From assembly GCF_050320075.1 (NCBI RefSeq), contig NZ_CP190018.1: DNA of 64,000 bases; one strand, written 5' to 3'. A program made the position numbers and the translations under genes. The number at the start of each line of letters is the position of its first letter. Positions within the stretch are counted from its first letter, which is position 1. The notes beneath the pieces were generated by a model. It saw only the letters and a program-made list of their open reading frames with translations, searched no databases and was not told the DNA's origin. The stretch is from Escherichia coli (GTDB lineage: Bacteria; Pseudomonadota; Gammaproteobacteria; Enterobacterales; Enterobacteriaceae). Shown here in pieces: positions 1 through 13,144 of this stretch.

Positions 1-55
1 GGATGGGCGCCCAGAATTTAATCAACCAGGCGTGTTTGAATTGCTGCCATGACAT
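1..55 (-). CDS. yedE: YedE-family inner-membrane transporter, first 18 codons only (gene continues beyond window start)
   Basis: Reverse complement of 1..55 translates to MSWQQFKHAWLIKFWAPI, matching the recalled YedE N-terminus; divergent from yedD as in K-12. Confidence 0.55.
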   Translation of the reverse strand, partial: MSWQQFKHAWLIKFWAPI

Positions 56-238
56 GAATGTAGCCTCTGAACTCAGAAGGTTTGAAACAGGAGTCGCGAA
101 TCATACACCATGCAAATTTATTTTCGGGGTAATAATTCACAAAAATAATAGTTAGATCAAATTTCTCTCTGAACCTGGAAAGGCTGGCGACATCAGGGCT
201 TTAATGCCACAATCCTCTTTTCTTCTCATGCAGGACGA

Positions 239-655
239 ATGATGAAAAAACTCGCAATTGCAGGCGCGCTCATGTTGCTGGCGGGCTGTGCCGAAGTCGA
301 AAACTATAACAATGTCGTGAAAACCCCCGCGCCGGACTGGCTGGCGGGCTACTGGCAGACCAAAGGGCCGCAACGTGCGCTGGTCAGTCCGGAAGCGATA
401 GGCAGCCTGATTGTCACTAAAGAGGGCGATACTCTGGATTGCCGTCAGTGGCAGCGGGTGATTGCCGTGCCGGGCAAGTTGACATTGATGTCAGATGATC
501 TCACTAACGTTACCGTAAAACGTGAGCTGTACGAGGTTGAGCGTGACGGTAACACCATTGAGTACGATGGTATGACGATGGAGCGTGTGGATCGCCCGAC
601 GGCAGAGTGTGCCGCCGCGCTGGATAAAGCGCCGTTACCGACGCCACTGCCGTAA
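239..655 (+). CDS. yedD: lipoprotein YedD
   Basis: 138-aa ORF with lipoprotein signal (LLAGC) matching YedD; sits next to amyA. Confidence 0.85.
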   Translation: MMKKLAIAGALMLLAGCAEVENYNNVVKTPAPDWLAGYWQTKGPQRALVSPEAIGSLIVTKEGDTLDCRQWQRVIAVPGKLTLMSDDLTNVTVKRELYEVERDGNTIEYDGMTMERVDRPTAECAAALDKAPLPTPLP

Positions 656-688
656 TGAAATCTCCCCGGCTTGCCGCCGGGGATGAAT

Positions 689-2176
689 TTAAATCACCTC
701 TTCGATAACCCACACGCTGACGCTGCCGCCGTTGCAAAAGAAGGTCGCTTCGCCGTTTTCGTCGGTCACAACGCTCTCTTGCCGATTCCCCAGAAAATCA
801 CGCCAGGTTTTATTGCCGTAATTCTCTCCCAGATGAATGGTTTTTTCGCCATCATCCCCGTTTGACATAACCACCACGCAGCCGGGATATTCGTCGGTGC
901 CACTGCGGCTAAAGGCAATGCAGTTCGGATGGTCGAAAAATAACGTCTGTACACCGTGGGCGAAACGCTGACGGGCGAGAATTAACTCATCAAGTTGTTC
1001 GATTATTGGCATATCTATCGGATAGGTTTGCCCGTCACCGCCAACATCTTCGTAATGCGCGCCATAGAGGTCCGGATAGAATACCGAAGGAACGCCATTT
1101 TCCCGCAACAAAATTAGAGCATACGCCAGCGGTTTAAACCACGGTTCGACCGGTGCTTCGAGGGCTTGCAACGGTTGGGTGTCGTGGTTGGCAACGAGTG
1201 TTACGGCGTGAAAAGGATCGGCTTCCACTAATGTACCCGTGAAAATCTGCGTCATGTCGTAGTCGCGCCCCATGCGCGATGCTTCATGGAATTTCATCTG
1301 CAGCGGTGCATCGAACAGCATGGTTTTGCCTTCCACCTGATCAATATACGTTTGCAGTTTATCGACTTCATGCGACCAGTATTCAGCCACAATAAATAGC
1401 GGCTTTGGTGCAACTTCTTGTACGTGTTCGATCCACTCTTTATAAAACCACGCCGGAATATGTTTGACCGCATCAAGACGAAAACCGTCGCATTGCGTTT
1501 GTTCCATCACCCAGCGCGCCCAGTATTTAATCTCTTCCGTCACGGCATGATTGCGGAAATCGATATTCTCGCCCATCAGATAATCGAAATTACCGAGTTC
1601 ATCATCAACCTGATCGTTCCAGCCTTCGCCGGTGTAGTCGTTAACAATTTTAAAAATGCCATCTTCATCAGGGTTTTCGATATGGTCGATACCGCTAAAA
1701 CATTTGAAATCCCAGATAAACTGCGAGTATTGCCCGGCACGGGCGGGGAAGGTGTAACGCGTCCAGCCTTCGCACTCAATGATTTCTTCGTCAATTTGCG
1801 TACGGTCATCAGCATTTACACGCTGCACGCGAATAGCTTCTTTTTCATCCGCGCCCATTTTGTGGTTGACTACCACGTCCAGCAGCACCGCAATGTCATT
1901 ACGTTTCAGAGCGTCAATGGCGGCCAGCAGTTGTGCTTTATCGCCATATTTAGTAGGGATGCTGCCTTTCTGATCAAACTCGCCTAAATCAAATAAATCA
2001 TAGGAGTCGTAGCCGACCGAATACCCGCCCGATGCGCCTTTATAGGCGGGCGGCAACCAGACCATATTGATACCAATATCATTAAAACCGTCGGCGCGCT
2101 CGGCCAGTTCAGGCCAGAGCTTACCGCCTTCCGGGTAATACCAGTGAAAACATTGTAACAGCGTGGGATTACGCAT
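689..2176 (-). CDS. amyA: cytoplasmic alpha-amylase
   Basis: 495-aa ORF recognised as E. coli AmyA. Confidence 0.95.
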   Translation of the reverse strand: MRNPTLLQCFHWYYPEGGKLWPELAERADGFNDIGINMVWLPPAYKGASGGYSVGYDSYDLFDLGEFDQKGSIPTKYGDKAQLLAAIDALKRNDIAVLLDVVVNHKMGADEKEAIRVQRVNADDRTQIDEEIIECEGWTRYTFPARAGQYSQFIWDFKCFSGIDHIENPDEDGIFKIVNDYTGEGWNDQVDDELGNFDYLMGENIDFRNHAVTEEIKYWARWVMEQTQCDGFRLDAVKHIPAWFYKEWIEHVQEVAPKPLFIVAEYWSHEVDKLQTYIDQVEGKTMLFDAPLQMKFHEASRMGRDYDMTQIFTGTLVEADPFHAVTLVANHDTQPLQALEAPVEPWFKPLAYALILLRENGVPSVFYPDLYGAHYEDVGGDGQTYPIDMPIIEQLDELILARQRFAHGVQTLFFDHPNCIAFSRSGTDEYPGCVVVMSNGDDGEKTIHLGENYGNKTWRDFLGNRQESVVTDENGEATFFCNGGSVSVWVIEEVI

Positions 2177-2253
2177 TCTTCGACTCCATTCAAGGGGAAC
2201 ATTAGAAGCGTAGCCGTAATCGGATTATTCGCGAGCCATCGGCTCGTTAAGAT

Positions 2254-2619
2254 TCAAAAGAGGTTATCCTGCGGAGCCAGCACAAAGCCGCCCTGATCGC
2301 CATAGGCACTTAACACCGATTTTTGCATCGATGACTGACCGACCAGTTTCGCCAGTTCATCCATCCGAATCTGTAATAACTGCTTCACCTTGCTTTCGTT
2401 ATCGAGAATCAGGCGCAGCATCGGGCGGAGTTGCTCCTGCATCGTGGTGGACGGCTCAACCTCTTCAGTCAGGTGTGCAATCTCCTGCACCGCATTCACA
2501 TACGCCATTTCGCTGGCGATGAGTTCGTCCCACTGTTCTTCCGTTGCCAGGCGTAACATGAGCTGGCTTTTTTCGACGAGTTGTTGCCAGGCGAAATACA
2601 AATGCGGTGCGTGGTTCAT
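2254..2619 (-). CDS. fliT: flagellar export chaperone / anti-FlhDC factor FliT
   Basis: 121-aa ORF, last gene of fliDST. Confidence 0.9.
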   Translation of the reverse strand: MNHAPHLYFAWQQLVEKSQLMLRLATEEQWDELIASEMAYVNAVQEIAHLTEEVEPSTTMQEQLRPMLRLILDNESKVKQLLQIRMDELAKLVGQSSMQKSVLSAYGDQGGFVLAPQDNLF

Positions 2620-3029
2620 CAGACTGGGTCCTGAATCAAAGAAGGGGAGAGTAACGACTCTTTCCAGGCATCGGCAATATTGCGCATTAATGCTTCCACT
2701 TCTTCGACTGCGGAGACATCGTTGCGTAAATTGGCTTGCAGCAAACGCCTGACCATATAGCTATAAAGAGCAATCAAGTTTTGGGTTAATTCGTCATTGC
2801 TCTCTTCATCAAGACTCACCCGCAGTCCGTTCTCAATAATGTTGATCGCTTTTGACAAAGAGACGCCTTTGCCTTGCTGATTGTTGTCCTGCATAAACAG
2901 GCGCGCTCTAACCAGTGCGCTCAGCACTCCATCAAATAGCATGGTGACCAGCTGCTGCTGGCTGGCGCTCATTACGGCGCTTTCGACGCCAATTTGTGCA
3001 TAGGCCTGGGTGCCTTTTGCCGCGTACAT
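2619..3029 (-). CDS. fliS: flagellin-specific chaperone FliS
   Basis: 136-aa ORF in fliDST. Confidence 0.9.
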   Translation of the reverse strand: MYAAKGTQAYAQIGVESAVMSASQQQLVTMLFDGVLSALVRARLFMQDNNQQGKGVSLSKAINIIENGLRVSLDEESNDELTQNLIALYSYMVRRLLQANLRNDVSAVEEVEALMRNIADAWKESLLSPSLIQDPV

Positions 3030-3053
3030 GACCTGTCTCCCGATGAATATTGA

Positions 3054-4460
3054 TTACTTGGAATTACTGTTGTTTTCGAACTGCTGCGTTAAGTAGCTGC
3101 TGGTGCTGTTTAACGAGGTCATTAAAACGTCCAGTTGGGTAAATTGTTCTTTGTAGCGCGCGACCTGCGCATCAATGCGATCGCTGGCGGCGTTGTAGTC
3201 TTTAGTTAACTTATTCAGGGTCTTACTAACGCCATCGGTAGCGGCTTTAATAATGCCTGTTGTCGAAAGCCAACTGGTCAGGTTGCTGCCGATGGTGGTT
3301 GTGATGCCGGTTTTTTTACCATCGCCAACAATCAATGCACCTACGCCGCTGGCATCTTTTTTCAATGCAGCGGTGAGTTTGTCGGCATCCAGCTCCAGTT
3401 TGCCATCGCTGGGATCGGTCGTGATACCAATCTGCGCCAGCGTTTTATAGTTGGAAGAACTGACGGTATTACTCAGCATCGATTTCAACTGCGTCTGAAT
3501 CGTCCGCAGCGTGGAGTCGCCGAGCAGTGCGCCATTGCTAGAACTCTGGCTATCAGCTCCCGCATCTACGGCGGTGTATTTGGTCAGGCTGCTGAAGGTA
3601 TCTATTAGCGAGTTATAGGCATTCACCCAGTCTTTAATCGCCGTTTGCGCTTTGGAGGTGTCCTGAGTGATGGTTAGCGTCTGGTTGCCCGTGGTGACAT
3701 CGTTCAGGTTCAGGGTGATGTTTTCCAGCGCGTCGCTGATGGTGTTGCTGCTGTTCTCAATGGCGACGTTGTTGACCGTCAGCTGCGCATTCTGGGCGGC
3801 GACCGAGACCTCCATACCGTTGCTACTGGCACTGGCGTCATAGCCCATAAAACTTTGTAGCGCATCATCACCGCTAACCGAGAGCGTCATCGCATTATCA
3901 AGGCCGGTGTCATTCGATGTGACTGACAGACGATATTCACCGTTACCCACGTTAATGATGCTTGCGCTTACACCTGCTTTTGCGTTGTTGATGGCATCAC
4001 GGATCCCGCTTAACGACGAGTTAGCCGCGCTGATATCAATGGTGATCGGCTCTTTGTCGCCGCCTTGTTGAATGGTGAGTTTGCTGTCGCTGGTGGCGAT
4101 CGCCGTTTTCGTATCGTCTCTGGTGGTGCGCGTGGTCAGGGTTTGCGCCTGCGCCAGATGGGTGACGCTGATGGTGTATTTCCCGGCGATGGCGTTACCC
4201 GCAGTGGTGGCACTGAACGCGGTGGTGCTGCTGGTAGTGCTGGTGGCGGAAAAAAGATCGGCTTTAGACAATGCAGTATTGGCGGTCTGGAAAGTCGTCA
4301 GCGCGCTTTTCAGCGTACCGTAGGCGCTAAGTTTAGCGGTAAACGACGATTGCTGATTTGAAATAGGGGTTAGCGTCGCTTTTTGCGCGGCGGTGAGGCT
4401 ATCAAGGATTGAACTTAAATCCAGGCCTGACCCGACTCCCAGCGATGAAATACTTGCCAT
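3054..4460 (-). CDS. fliD: flagellar filament cap protein FliD
   Basis: 468-aa Ser/Thr-rich ORF, divergent from fliC. Confidence 0.95.
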   Translation of the reverse strand: MASISSLGVGSGLDLSSILDSLTAAQKATLTPISNQQSSFTAKLSAYGTLKSALTTFQTANTALSKADLFSATSTTSSTTAFSATTAGNAIAGKYTISVTHLAQAQTLTTRTTRDDTKTAIATSDSKLTIQQGGDKEPITIDISAANSSLSGIRDAINNAKAGVSASIINVGNGEYRLSVTSNDTGLDNAMTLSVSGDDALQSFMGYDASASSNGMEVSVAAQNAQLTVNNVAIENSSNTISDALENITLNLNDVTTGNQTLTITQDTSKAQTAIKDWVNAYNSLIDTFSSLTKYTAVDAGADSQSSSNGALLGDSTLRTIQTQLKSMLSNTVSSSNYKTLAQIGITTDPSDGKLELDADKLTAALKKDASGVGALIVGDGKKTGITTTIGSNLTSWLSTTGIIKAATDGVSKTLNKLTKDYNAASDRIDAQVARYKEQFTQLDVLMTSLNSTSSYLTQQFENNSNSK

Positions 4461-4502
4461 GCGATTTCCTTTTATCTTTCGACACGTAAAACGAATACCG
4501 GG

Positions 4503-4530
4503 GTTATCGGCCTGAATTGCGCAAAGTTTA
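4503..4530 (-). promoter_or_regulatory. sigma28 (FliA) class III promoter for fliDST
   Basis: Minus strand reads TAAACTTT-N11-GCCGATAA about 45 bp upstream of the fliD start. Confidence 0.5.
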
Positions 4531-4622
4531 CGTTTAATTGTTTTTTTTAATAGCGGGAATAAGGGGCAGAGAAAAGAGTATTTCGGCGACTAACAAAAAA
4601 TGGCTGTTTGTGAAAAAAATTC

Positions 4623-4649
4623 TAAAGGTTGTTTTACGACAGACGATAA
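4623..4649 (+). promoter_or_regulatory. sigma28 (FliA) promoter for fliC
   Basis: TAAAGGTT-N11-GACGATAA about 75 bp upstream of the fliC ATG. Confidence 0.55.
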
Positions 4650-4725
4650 CAGGGTTGACGGCGATTGAGCCGACGGGTGGAAACCCAATACGTAATCAAC
4701 GACTTGCAATATAGGATAACGAATC

Positions 4726-6396
4726 ATGGCACAAGTCATTAATACCAACAGCCTCTCGCTGATCACTCAAAATAATATCAACAAGAACCAGTCTGCGCTG
4801 TCGAGTTCTATCGAGCGTCTGTCTTCTGGCTTGCGTATTAACAGCGCGAAGGATGACGCCGCAGGTCAGGCGATTGCTAACCGTTTTACTTCTAACATTA
4901 AAGGCCTGACTCAGGCTGCACGTAACGCCAACGACGGTATTTCTGTTGCACAGACCACTGAAGGCGCGCTGTCCGAAATCAACAACAACTTACAGCGTAT
5001 TCGTGAACTGACGGTTCAGGCGACGACCGGAACTAACTCCACCTCTGACCTGGACTCCATTCAGGACGAAATCAAATCCCGTCTTGATGAAATTGACCGC
5101 GTATCCGGCCAGACCCAGTTCAACGGCGTGAACGTACTGTCAAAAGATGGCTCGATGAAAATTCAGGTCGGCGCGAACGATGGTGAAACCATCACGATTG
5201 ATCTGAAAAAGATCGACTCTTCTACATTGAAGCTGACCGGTTTTAACGTGAATGGCGAAGGTGAAACAGCCAATACTGCTGCAACACTTAAAGATATGGT
5301 TGGTTTAAAACTCGATAATACGGGGGTCACTACAGCTGGAGTTAATAGATATATTGCTGACAAAGCCGTCGCAAGTAGCACGGATATTTTGAATGCGGTA
5401 GCTGGTGTTGATGGCAGTAAAGTTTCCACGGAGGCAGATGTTGGTTTTGGTGCGGCTGCCCCTGGTACGCCAGTGGAATATACTTATCATAAAGATACTA
5501 ACACATATACGGCTTCTGCTTCAGTTGATGCGACTCAACTGGCGGCATTCCTGAATCCTGAAGCGGGTGGTACCACTGCTGCAACAGTAAGTATTGGCAA
5601 CGGTACAACAGCTCAAGAGCAAAAAGTCATTATTGCTAAAGATGGTTCTTTAACTGCTGCTGATGACGGTGCCGCTCTCTATCTTGATACTAATGGTAAC
5701 TTAAGTAAAACTAACGCAGGCACTGATACTCAAGCTAAACTGTCTGACTTAATGGCAAACAATGCTAAGGCAAAAACAGTCATTACAACAGATAAAGGTA
5801 CATTTACTGCTAATACGACAAACGATGGTTTTGATGGGGTAGATATTTCTGTTGATGCTTCAACGTTTGCTAATGCCGTTAAAAATGAGACTTACACTGC
5901 AACTGTTGGTGTAACTTTACCAGCGACATATACAGTCAATAATGGCACTGCTGCATCAGCGTATTTAGTCGATGGAAAAGTGAGCCAAACTCCTGCCGAG
6001 TATTTTGCTCAAGCTGATGGCACTATTACTAGTGGTGAAAATGCGGCTACCAGTAAAGCTATCTATGTAAGTGCCAATGGTAACTTAACGACTAACACAA
6101 CGAGTGAATCTGAAGCGACTACCAACCCGCTGGCAGCATTGGATGACGCTATCGCGTCCATCGACAAATTCCGTTCATCCCTTGGTGCTATCCAGAACCG
6201 TCTGGATTCCGCGGTCACCAACCTGAACAACACCACTACCAACCTGTCCGAAGCGCAGTCCCGTATTCAGGACGCCGACTATGCGACCGAAGTGTCCAAC
6301 ATGTCGAAAGCGCAGATTATTCAGCAGGCCGGTAACTCCGTGCTGGCAAAAGCTAACCAGGTACCGCAGCAGGTTCTGTCTCTGCTGCAGGGTTAA
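4726..6396 (+). CDS. fliC: flagellin (H antigen), 556 aa with non-K-12 central domain
   Basis: Conserved flagellin N terminus ([12 protein letters not shown]...) and C terminus (...QVLSLLQG); central region differs in length and sequence from the 498-aa K-12 flagellin. Confidence 0.95.
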   Translation: MAQVINTNSLSLITQNNINKNQSALSSSIERLSSGLRINSAKDDAAGQAIANRFTSNIKGLTQAARNANDGISVAQTTEGALSEINNNLQRIRELTVQATTGTNSTSDLDSIQDEIKSRLDEIDRVSGQTQFNGVNVLSKDGSMKIQVGANDGETITIDLKKIDSSTLKLTGFNVNGEGETANTAATLKDMVGLKLDNTGVTTAGVNRYIADKAVASSTDILNAVAGVDGSKVSTEADVGFGAAAPGTPVEYTYHKDTNTYTASASVDATQLAAFLNPEAGGTTAATVSIGNGTTAQEQKVIIAKDGSLTAADDGAALYLDTNGNLSKTNAGTDTQAKLSDLMANNAKAKTVITTDKGTFTANTTNDGFDGVDISVDASTFANAVKNETYTATVGVTLPATYTVNNGTAASAYLVDGKVSQTPAEYFAQADGTITSGENAATSKAIYVSANGNLTTNTTSESEATTNPLAALDDAIASIDKFRSSLGAIQNRLDSAVTNLNNTTTNLSEAQSRIQDADYATEVSNMSKAQIIQQAGNSVLAKANQVPQQVLSLLQG

Positions 6397-6439
6397 TCGT
6401 CGTAACCTGATTAACTGAGACTGACGGCAACGCCAAATT

Positions 6440-6539
<100 letters not shown>

Positions 6540-6570
6540 ACATGAATGGTAATTTGCCAGCAACGTGCTT

Positions 6571-6595
6571 CCCCGCCACCGGCGGGGTTTTTTCT
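6571..6595 (+). terminator. rho-independent terminator ending the fliC 3'UTR
   Basis: CCCCGCCACCGGCGGGG hairpin followed by a T-run. Confidence 0.6.
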
Positions 6596-6715
6596 GTCCG
6601 CAATTTACCGGTAACCCCCAAATAACCCCTCATTTCACCCACTAATCGTCCGATTAAAAACCCTGCAGAAACGGATAATCATGCCGATAACTCATATAAC
6701 GCAGGGCTGTTTATC

Positions 6716-7435
6716 GTGAATTCACTCTATACCGCTGAAGGTGTAATGGATAAACACTCGCTGTGGCAGCGTTATGTCCCGCTGGTGCGTCACGAAGCAT
6801 TGCGCCTGCAGGTTCGACTGCCCGCGAGCGTGGAACTTGACGATCTGCTACAGGCGGGCGGCATTGGGTTACTTAATGCCGTCGAACGCTATGACGCCCT
6901 ACAAGGAACGGCATTTACAACTTACGCAGTGCAGCGTATCCGTGGCGCTATGCTGGATGAACTTCGCAGCCGTGACTGGGTGCCGCGCAGCGTGCGACGC
7001 AACGCGCGTGAAGTGGCACAGGCAATAGGGCAACTGGAGCAGGAACTTGGCCGTAACGCCACGGAAACTGAGGTAGCGGAACGTTTAGGGATCGATATTG
7101 CCGATTATCGCCAAATGTTGCTCGACACCAATAACAGCCAGCTCTTCTCCTACGATGAGTGGCGCGAAGAGCACGGCGATAGCATTGAACTGGTTACTGA
7201 TGATCATCAGCGAGAAAACCCGCTACAACAGCTGCTGGACAGTAATCTGCGCCAGCGGGTGATGGAAGCTATCGAAACGTTGCCGGAGCGCGAAAAACTG
7301 GTATTAACCCTCTATTACCAGGAAGAGCTGAATCTCAAAGAGATTGGCGCGGTGCTGGAGGTCGGGGAATCGCGGGTCAGTCAGTTACACAGCCAGGCCA
7401 TTAAACGGTTACGCACTAAACTGGGTAAGTTATAA
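6716..7435 (+). CDS. fliA: RNA polymerase sigma-28 factor FliA (GTG start)
   Basis: 239-aa ORF recognised as FliA; starts VNSLYTAEGV at GTG. Confidence 0.9.
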   Translation: MNSLYTAEGVMDKHSLWQRYVPLVRHEALRLQVRLPASVELDDLLQAGGIGLLNAVERYDALQGTAFTTYAVQRIRGAMLDELRSRDWVPRSVRRNAREVAQAIGQLEQELGRNATETEVAERLGIDIADYRQMLLDTNNSQLFSYDEWREEHGDSIELVTDDHQRENPLQQLLDSNLRQRVMEAIETLPEREKLVLTLYYQEELNLKEIGAVLEVGESRVSQLHSQAIKRLRTKLGKL

Positions 7436-7480
7436 CGTCAGTAAATGCCGCACTTTAATTTTGACTACCAGGAGTTCTTA

Positions 7481-8032
7481 ATGATGGTGCAGCACCTGAA
7501 AAGACGGCCATTAAGCCGCTATCTTAAAGACTTTAAACACAGCCAGACCCATTGCGCGCATTGCCGTAAATTACTCGACCGCATTACCCTCGTTCGCGAC
7601 GGCAAAATAGTGAATAAAATCGAGATTTCCCGCCTGGACATGCTGCTTGATGAAAATGGCTGGCAAGTGGAACAAAAATCATGGGCGGCATTGTGCCGAT
7701 TCTGCGGTGATTTACATTGCAAAACGCAGAGTGATTTTTTCGATATTATCGGCTTTAAGCAATTTCTTTTTGAGCAAACTGAAATGAGCCCAGGTACGGT
7801 GCGTGAATATGTCGTTCGTCTGCGCCGTTTGGGTAATCATCTACACGAGCAAAATATTTCCCTCGATCAGCTGCAGGATGGTTTCCTTGATGAAATCCTC
7901 GCCCCATGGCTGCCCACCACCAGCACCAACAATTACCGCATCGCGTTACGGAAGTATCAACACTATCAGCGTCAAACGCGTACCGGACTTGTGCAGAAAT
8001 CCTCCAGCCTGCCTGCTTCTGATATATATTAA
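7481..8032 (+). CDS. fliZ: flagellar regulator FliZ
   Basis: Recognised as FliZ; start trimmed to the MMVQHLKRR methionine inside the longer track ORF. Confidence 0.85.
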   Translation: MMVQHLKRRPLSRYLKDFKHSQTHCAHCRKLLDRITLVRDGKIVNKIEISRLDMLLDENGWQVEQKSWAALCRFCGDLHCKTQSDFFDIIGFKQFLFEQTEMSPGTVREYVVRLRRLGNHLHEQNISLDQLQDGFLDEILAPWLPTTSTNNYRIALRKYQHYQRQTRTGLVQKSSSLPASDIY

Positions 8033-8119
8033 ATAAGAATAAGATGTAGCGGAGTTGTTTTTGTGTTTACAAACAATGGCTCTACACTGCAAACAGACAT
8101 AACAACATTCGGGGTGAAT

Positions 8120-10011
<1,892 letters not shown>

Positions 10012-10025
10012 CTCCGGAAACGCTC

Positions 10026-10694
10026 ATGCAAGAAAGTATACAACTGGTTATTGATTCCTTGCCGTTCCTGCTGAAAGGGGCTGGGTATACGCTGCAACTC
10101 AGTATCGGCGGCATGTTTTTTGGCTTACTGCTCGGGTTTATTCTCGCGCTGATGCGCCTTTCGCCAATCTGGCCCGTGCGCTGGCTGGCGCGTTTTTATA
10201 TCTCTATTTTTCGTGGTACGCCGCTCATCGCCCAACTGTTTATGATCTATTACGGCTTGCCGCAGTTTGGCATCGAACTAGATCCCATTCCGTCAGCAAT
10301 GATTGGTCTGTCGCTAAACACTGCCGCCTATGCTGCCGAAACGCTGCGCGCCGCCATTTCTTCTATTGATAAAGGTCAGTGGGAAGCTGCTGCCAGTATT
10401 GGTATGACGCCGTGGCAGACCATGCGTCGCGCGATTTTGCCACAGGCGGCGCGGGTGGCGTTGCCGCCGCTGTCGAACAGCTTTATCAGCCTGGTAAAAG
10501 ATACGTCGCTGGCCGCGACAATCCAGGTGCCGGAGCTGTTCCGTCAGGCGCAGTTGATTACCTCGCGTACGCTGGAGGTGTTCACCATGTACCTGGCGGC
10601 TTCGCTCATCTACTGGATCATGGCGACAGTATTATCGACGTTGCAGAACCATTTTGAGAATCAACTTAATCGCCAGGAGAGAGAACCAAAATGA
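10026..10694 (+). CDS. tcyL: cystine ABC transporter permease
   Basis: 222-aa polytopic permease recognised as YecS/TcyL. Confidence 0.9.
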   Translation: MQESIQLVIDSLPFLLKGAGYTLQLSIGGMFFGLLLGFILALMRLSPIWPVRWLARFYISIFRGTPLIAQLFMIYYGLPQFGIELDPIPSAMIGLSLNTAAYAAETLRAAISSIDKGQWEAAASIGMTPWQTMRRAILPQAARVALPPLSNSFISLVKDTSLAATIQVPELFRQAQLITSRTLEVFTMYLAASLIYWIMATVLSTLQNHFENQLNRQEREPK

Positions 10695-11443
10695 GTGCCA
10701 TTGAAGTTAAGAACCTGGTGAAAAAATTCCACGGTCAGACGGTGCTGCACGGTATCGACCTTGAGGTGAAGCCTGGCGAAGTGGTGGCAATTATCGGGCC
10801 AAGTGGTTCCGGCAAAACCACGTTGCTACGCAGCATAAATCTGCTGGAACAACCGGAAGCGGGAACCATCACCGTTGGCGATATCACCATTGATACTGCA
10901 CGTTCATTAAGTCAGCAAAAATCGCTGATTCGCCAGTTGCGTCAGCACGTCGGGTTTGTCTTCCAGAACTTTAATTTGTTTCCGCATCGTACGGTGCTGG
11001 AAAACATTATTGAAGGGCCGGTGATCGTCAAAGGCGAACCGAAAGAAGAGGCCACGGCGCGCGCTCGCGAGCTGCTGGCGAAAGTTGGGCTGGAAGGTAA
11101 AGAAACCAGCTATCCACGTCGTTTGTCTGGCGGTCAACAGCAGCGTGTCGCGATTGCGCGAGCGCTGGCTATGCGTCCTGAGGTGATTTTGTTTGACGAG
11201 CCAACGTCGGCGCTGGATCCAGAGCTGGTGGGCGAAGTCCTGAACACCATCCGCCAGCTGGCGCAGGAAAAGCGCACGATGGTGATTGTGACGCACGAAA
11301 TGAGCTTTGCCCGGGATGTTGCGGACCGGGCGATCTTTATGGACCAGGGGCGGATAGTCGAGCAGGGGGCCGCAAAAGCGTTATTTGCCGATCCTCAGCA
11401 GCCTCGCACCCGCCAGTTCCTCGAGAAGTTTCTGCTGCAATAA
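10691..11443 (+). CDS. tcyN: cystine ABC transporter ATP-binding protein
   Basis: 250-aa ABC ATPase (GPSGSGKTT, LSGGQQQR), 4-bp overlap with tcyL. Confidence 0.9.
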   Translation: MSAIEVKNLVKKFHGQTVLHGIDLEVKPGEVVAIIGPSGSGKTTLLRSINLLEQPEAGTITVGDITIDTARSLSQQKSLIRQLRQHVGFVFQNFNLFPHRTVLENIIEGPVIVKGEPKEEATARARELLAKVGLEGKETSYPRRLSGGQQQRVAIARALAMRPEVILFDEPTSALDPELVGEVLNTIRQLAQEKRTMVIVTHEMSFARDVADRAIFMDQGRIVEQGAAKALFADPQQPRTRQFLEKFLLQ

Positions 11444-11672
11444 TAAGAAAAAATCAGCCCCGACGATTCACCTGTCGGGGCGGGACGCCATTTCAAGCGT
11501 GATAAATCTGCTTAACAAATCAGCATAACTCATTAATAACATAAGAGAATGCGATGGCTTGCAAAAGTAATTCATTGCCTGAATAATATAAATTATATAT
11601 AAATCTTATTTATGTGATAGTTTGAATTATCATTATAAATGATACTCACTCTCAGGGGCGTTGCGGTTTACT

Positions 11673-12395
11673 ATGCAGGATACGGATTTTTTCAGCTGGC
11701 GTCGCACGATGCTGTTGCGTTTTCAGAGGATGGAGGCCGCAGAAGAGGTCTACCATGAAATAGAGCTTCAGGCTCAGCAGCTGGAGTACGATTACTATTC
11801 GTTATGTGTTCGCCACCCGGTACCATTCACGCGACCTAAAGTGGCTTTCTACACCAATTACCCTGAGGCTTGGGTTAGTTATTATCAGGCAAAAAACTTT
11901 CTCGCAATTGATCCTGTGCTGAACCCTGAAAACTTTAGTCAGGGCCATTTAATGTGGAATGATGACTTATTCAGCGAAGCACAGCCGTTATGGGAAGCCG
12001 CGCGCGCACATGGTTTACGCCGCGGTGTCACTCAGTATTTAATGCTGCCAAATCGGGCGCTGGGCTTTTTGTCCTTTTCCCGTTGCAGCACGCGCGAAAT
12101 ACCCATTCTTAGTGATGAACTGCAATTAAAAATGCAGTTACTGGTGCGAGAAAGTCTGATGGCTCTGATGCGTTTAAATGATGAAATAGTGATGACGCCA
12201 GAGATGAATTTCAGCAAGCGCGAAAAAGAAATTCTGAAATGGACGGCGGAAGGGAAGACATCAGCAGAGATAGCGATGATTTTGTCAATCTCTGAGAATA
12301 CGGTCAATTTCCATCAGAAAAACATGCAGAAAAAAATCAATGCACCAAATAAGACCCAGGTGGCCTGTTACGCGGCCGCTACTGGCTTAATTTGA
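11673..12395 (+). CDS. sdiA: LuxR-family quorum-sensing regulator SdiA
   Basis: Recognised as SdiA; start at MQDTDFFSW ATG (track ORF begins at an upstream TTG). Confidence 0.9.
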   Translation: MQDTDFFSWRRTMLLRFQRMEAAEEVYHEIELQAQQLEYDYYSLCVRHPVPFTRPKVAFYTNYPEAWVSYYQAKNFLAIDPVLNPENFSQGHLMWNDDLFSEAQPLWEAARAHGLRRGVTQYLMLPNRALGFLSFSRCSTREIPILSDELQLKMQLLVRESLMALMRLNDEIVMTPEMNFSKREKEILKWTAEGKTSAEIAMILSISENTVNFHQKNMQKKINAPNKTQVACYAAATGLI

Positions 12396-12461
12396 TCGCT
12401 TTTCTTTCTGCGTGCCAGATGCAAAAACCGGCTGAAAGGCACGCTCTCAGCCGGTTTTATA

Positions 12462-12686
12462 TTACTGACGGTAGGCTTGTTTAATTTGCTTAACCGTTTT
12501 GGAAAATACTGCAGCCTGGGTTTCGTCTTCGATCAGCGCAAGCTGTTTTTCCATCTTTAACATCACGCGGCCCGCGTCAGCTTGTCCCATCGCCTGCAGC
12601 ATCAGCGTCAGCATCGCTTTCAGGCAGGAGACTTCATTTGCCAGTTCTTGATTATTCTCGGCAGTAGAAAAATCAGGCGTACTCAT
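12462..12686 (-). CDS. yecF: uncharacterised protein YecF
   Basis: 74-aa ORF in conserved position between sdiA and uvrY. Confidence 0.8.
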
Positions 12687-13144
12687 TTATTTTCCTCGTC
12701 ATGTTGCAATGAAAATTTGCGGTGAAAAATGTTAAGGCGGCGGAGTATACCATAAGCTTTGCTAAAAATAGCAGTGGTTGTTTTTTGAGCGTGATATCGG
12801 CAGTGCTATAAAATACGTTAATATAATGACCAATAAATATTTTTATCATGAATGTTTTTTGCCCGTATTGTTCGGGTTAATTAATGTTACATATTCAGCG
12901 GGCTGATTTTCATTTTTGCTGAATAAAGTCAATTTTTGTCACATTTCATCGCAGGGCTTACAGTGAAACGATCCCGGAAGCCGTTGGTGACGGGCGTGAC
13001 CATAACTGTGGACAATCGAATTTACAAAAACGAGAGAAAAATCGAATACCCACCATTTTTAACGTTTCAAAGTTGCAATAAAAACCGCTAATATACGAAT
13101 GACTAACTATCAGTAGCGTTATCCCTATTTCTGGAGATATTCCT

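Noticed and set aside
1418-1987. 189-aa plus-strand ORF
   Set aside because: Antisense within amyA; no promoter or RBS evidence.
11457-11480. Hairpin CCCCGACGATTCACCTGTCGGGG after tcyN as a plus-strand terminator
   Set aside because: The T-run lies on the minus-strand side, not after the hairpin on the plus strand, so it is not a convincing intrinsic terminator for tcyN; left unannotated.
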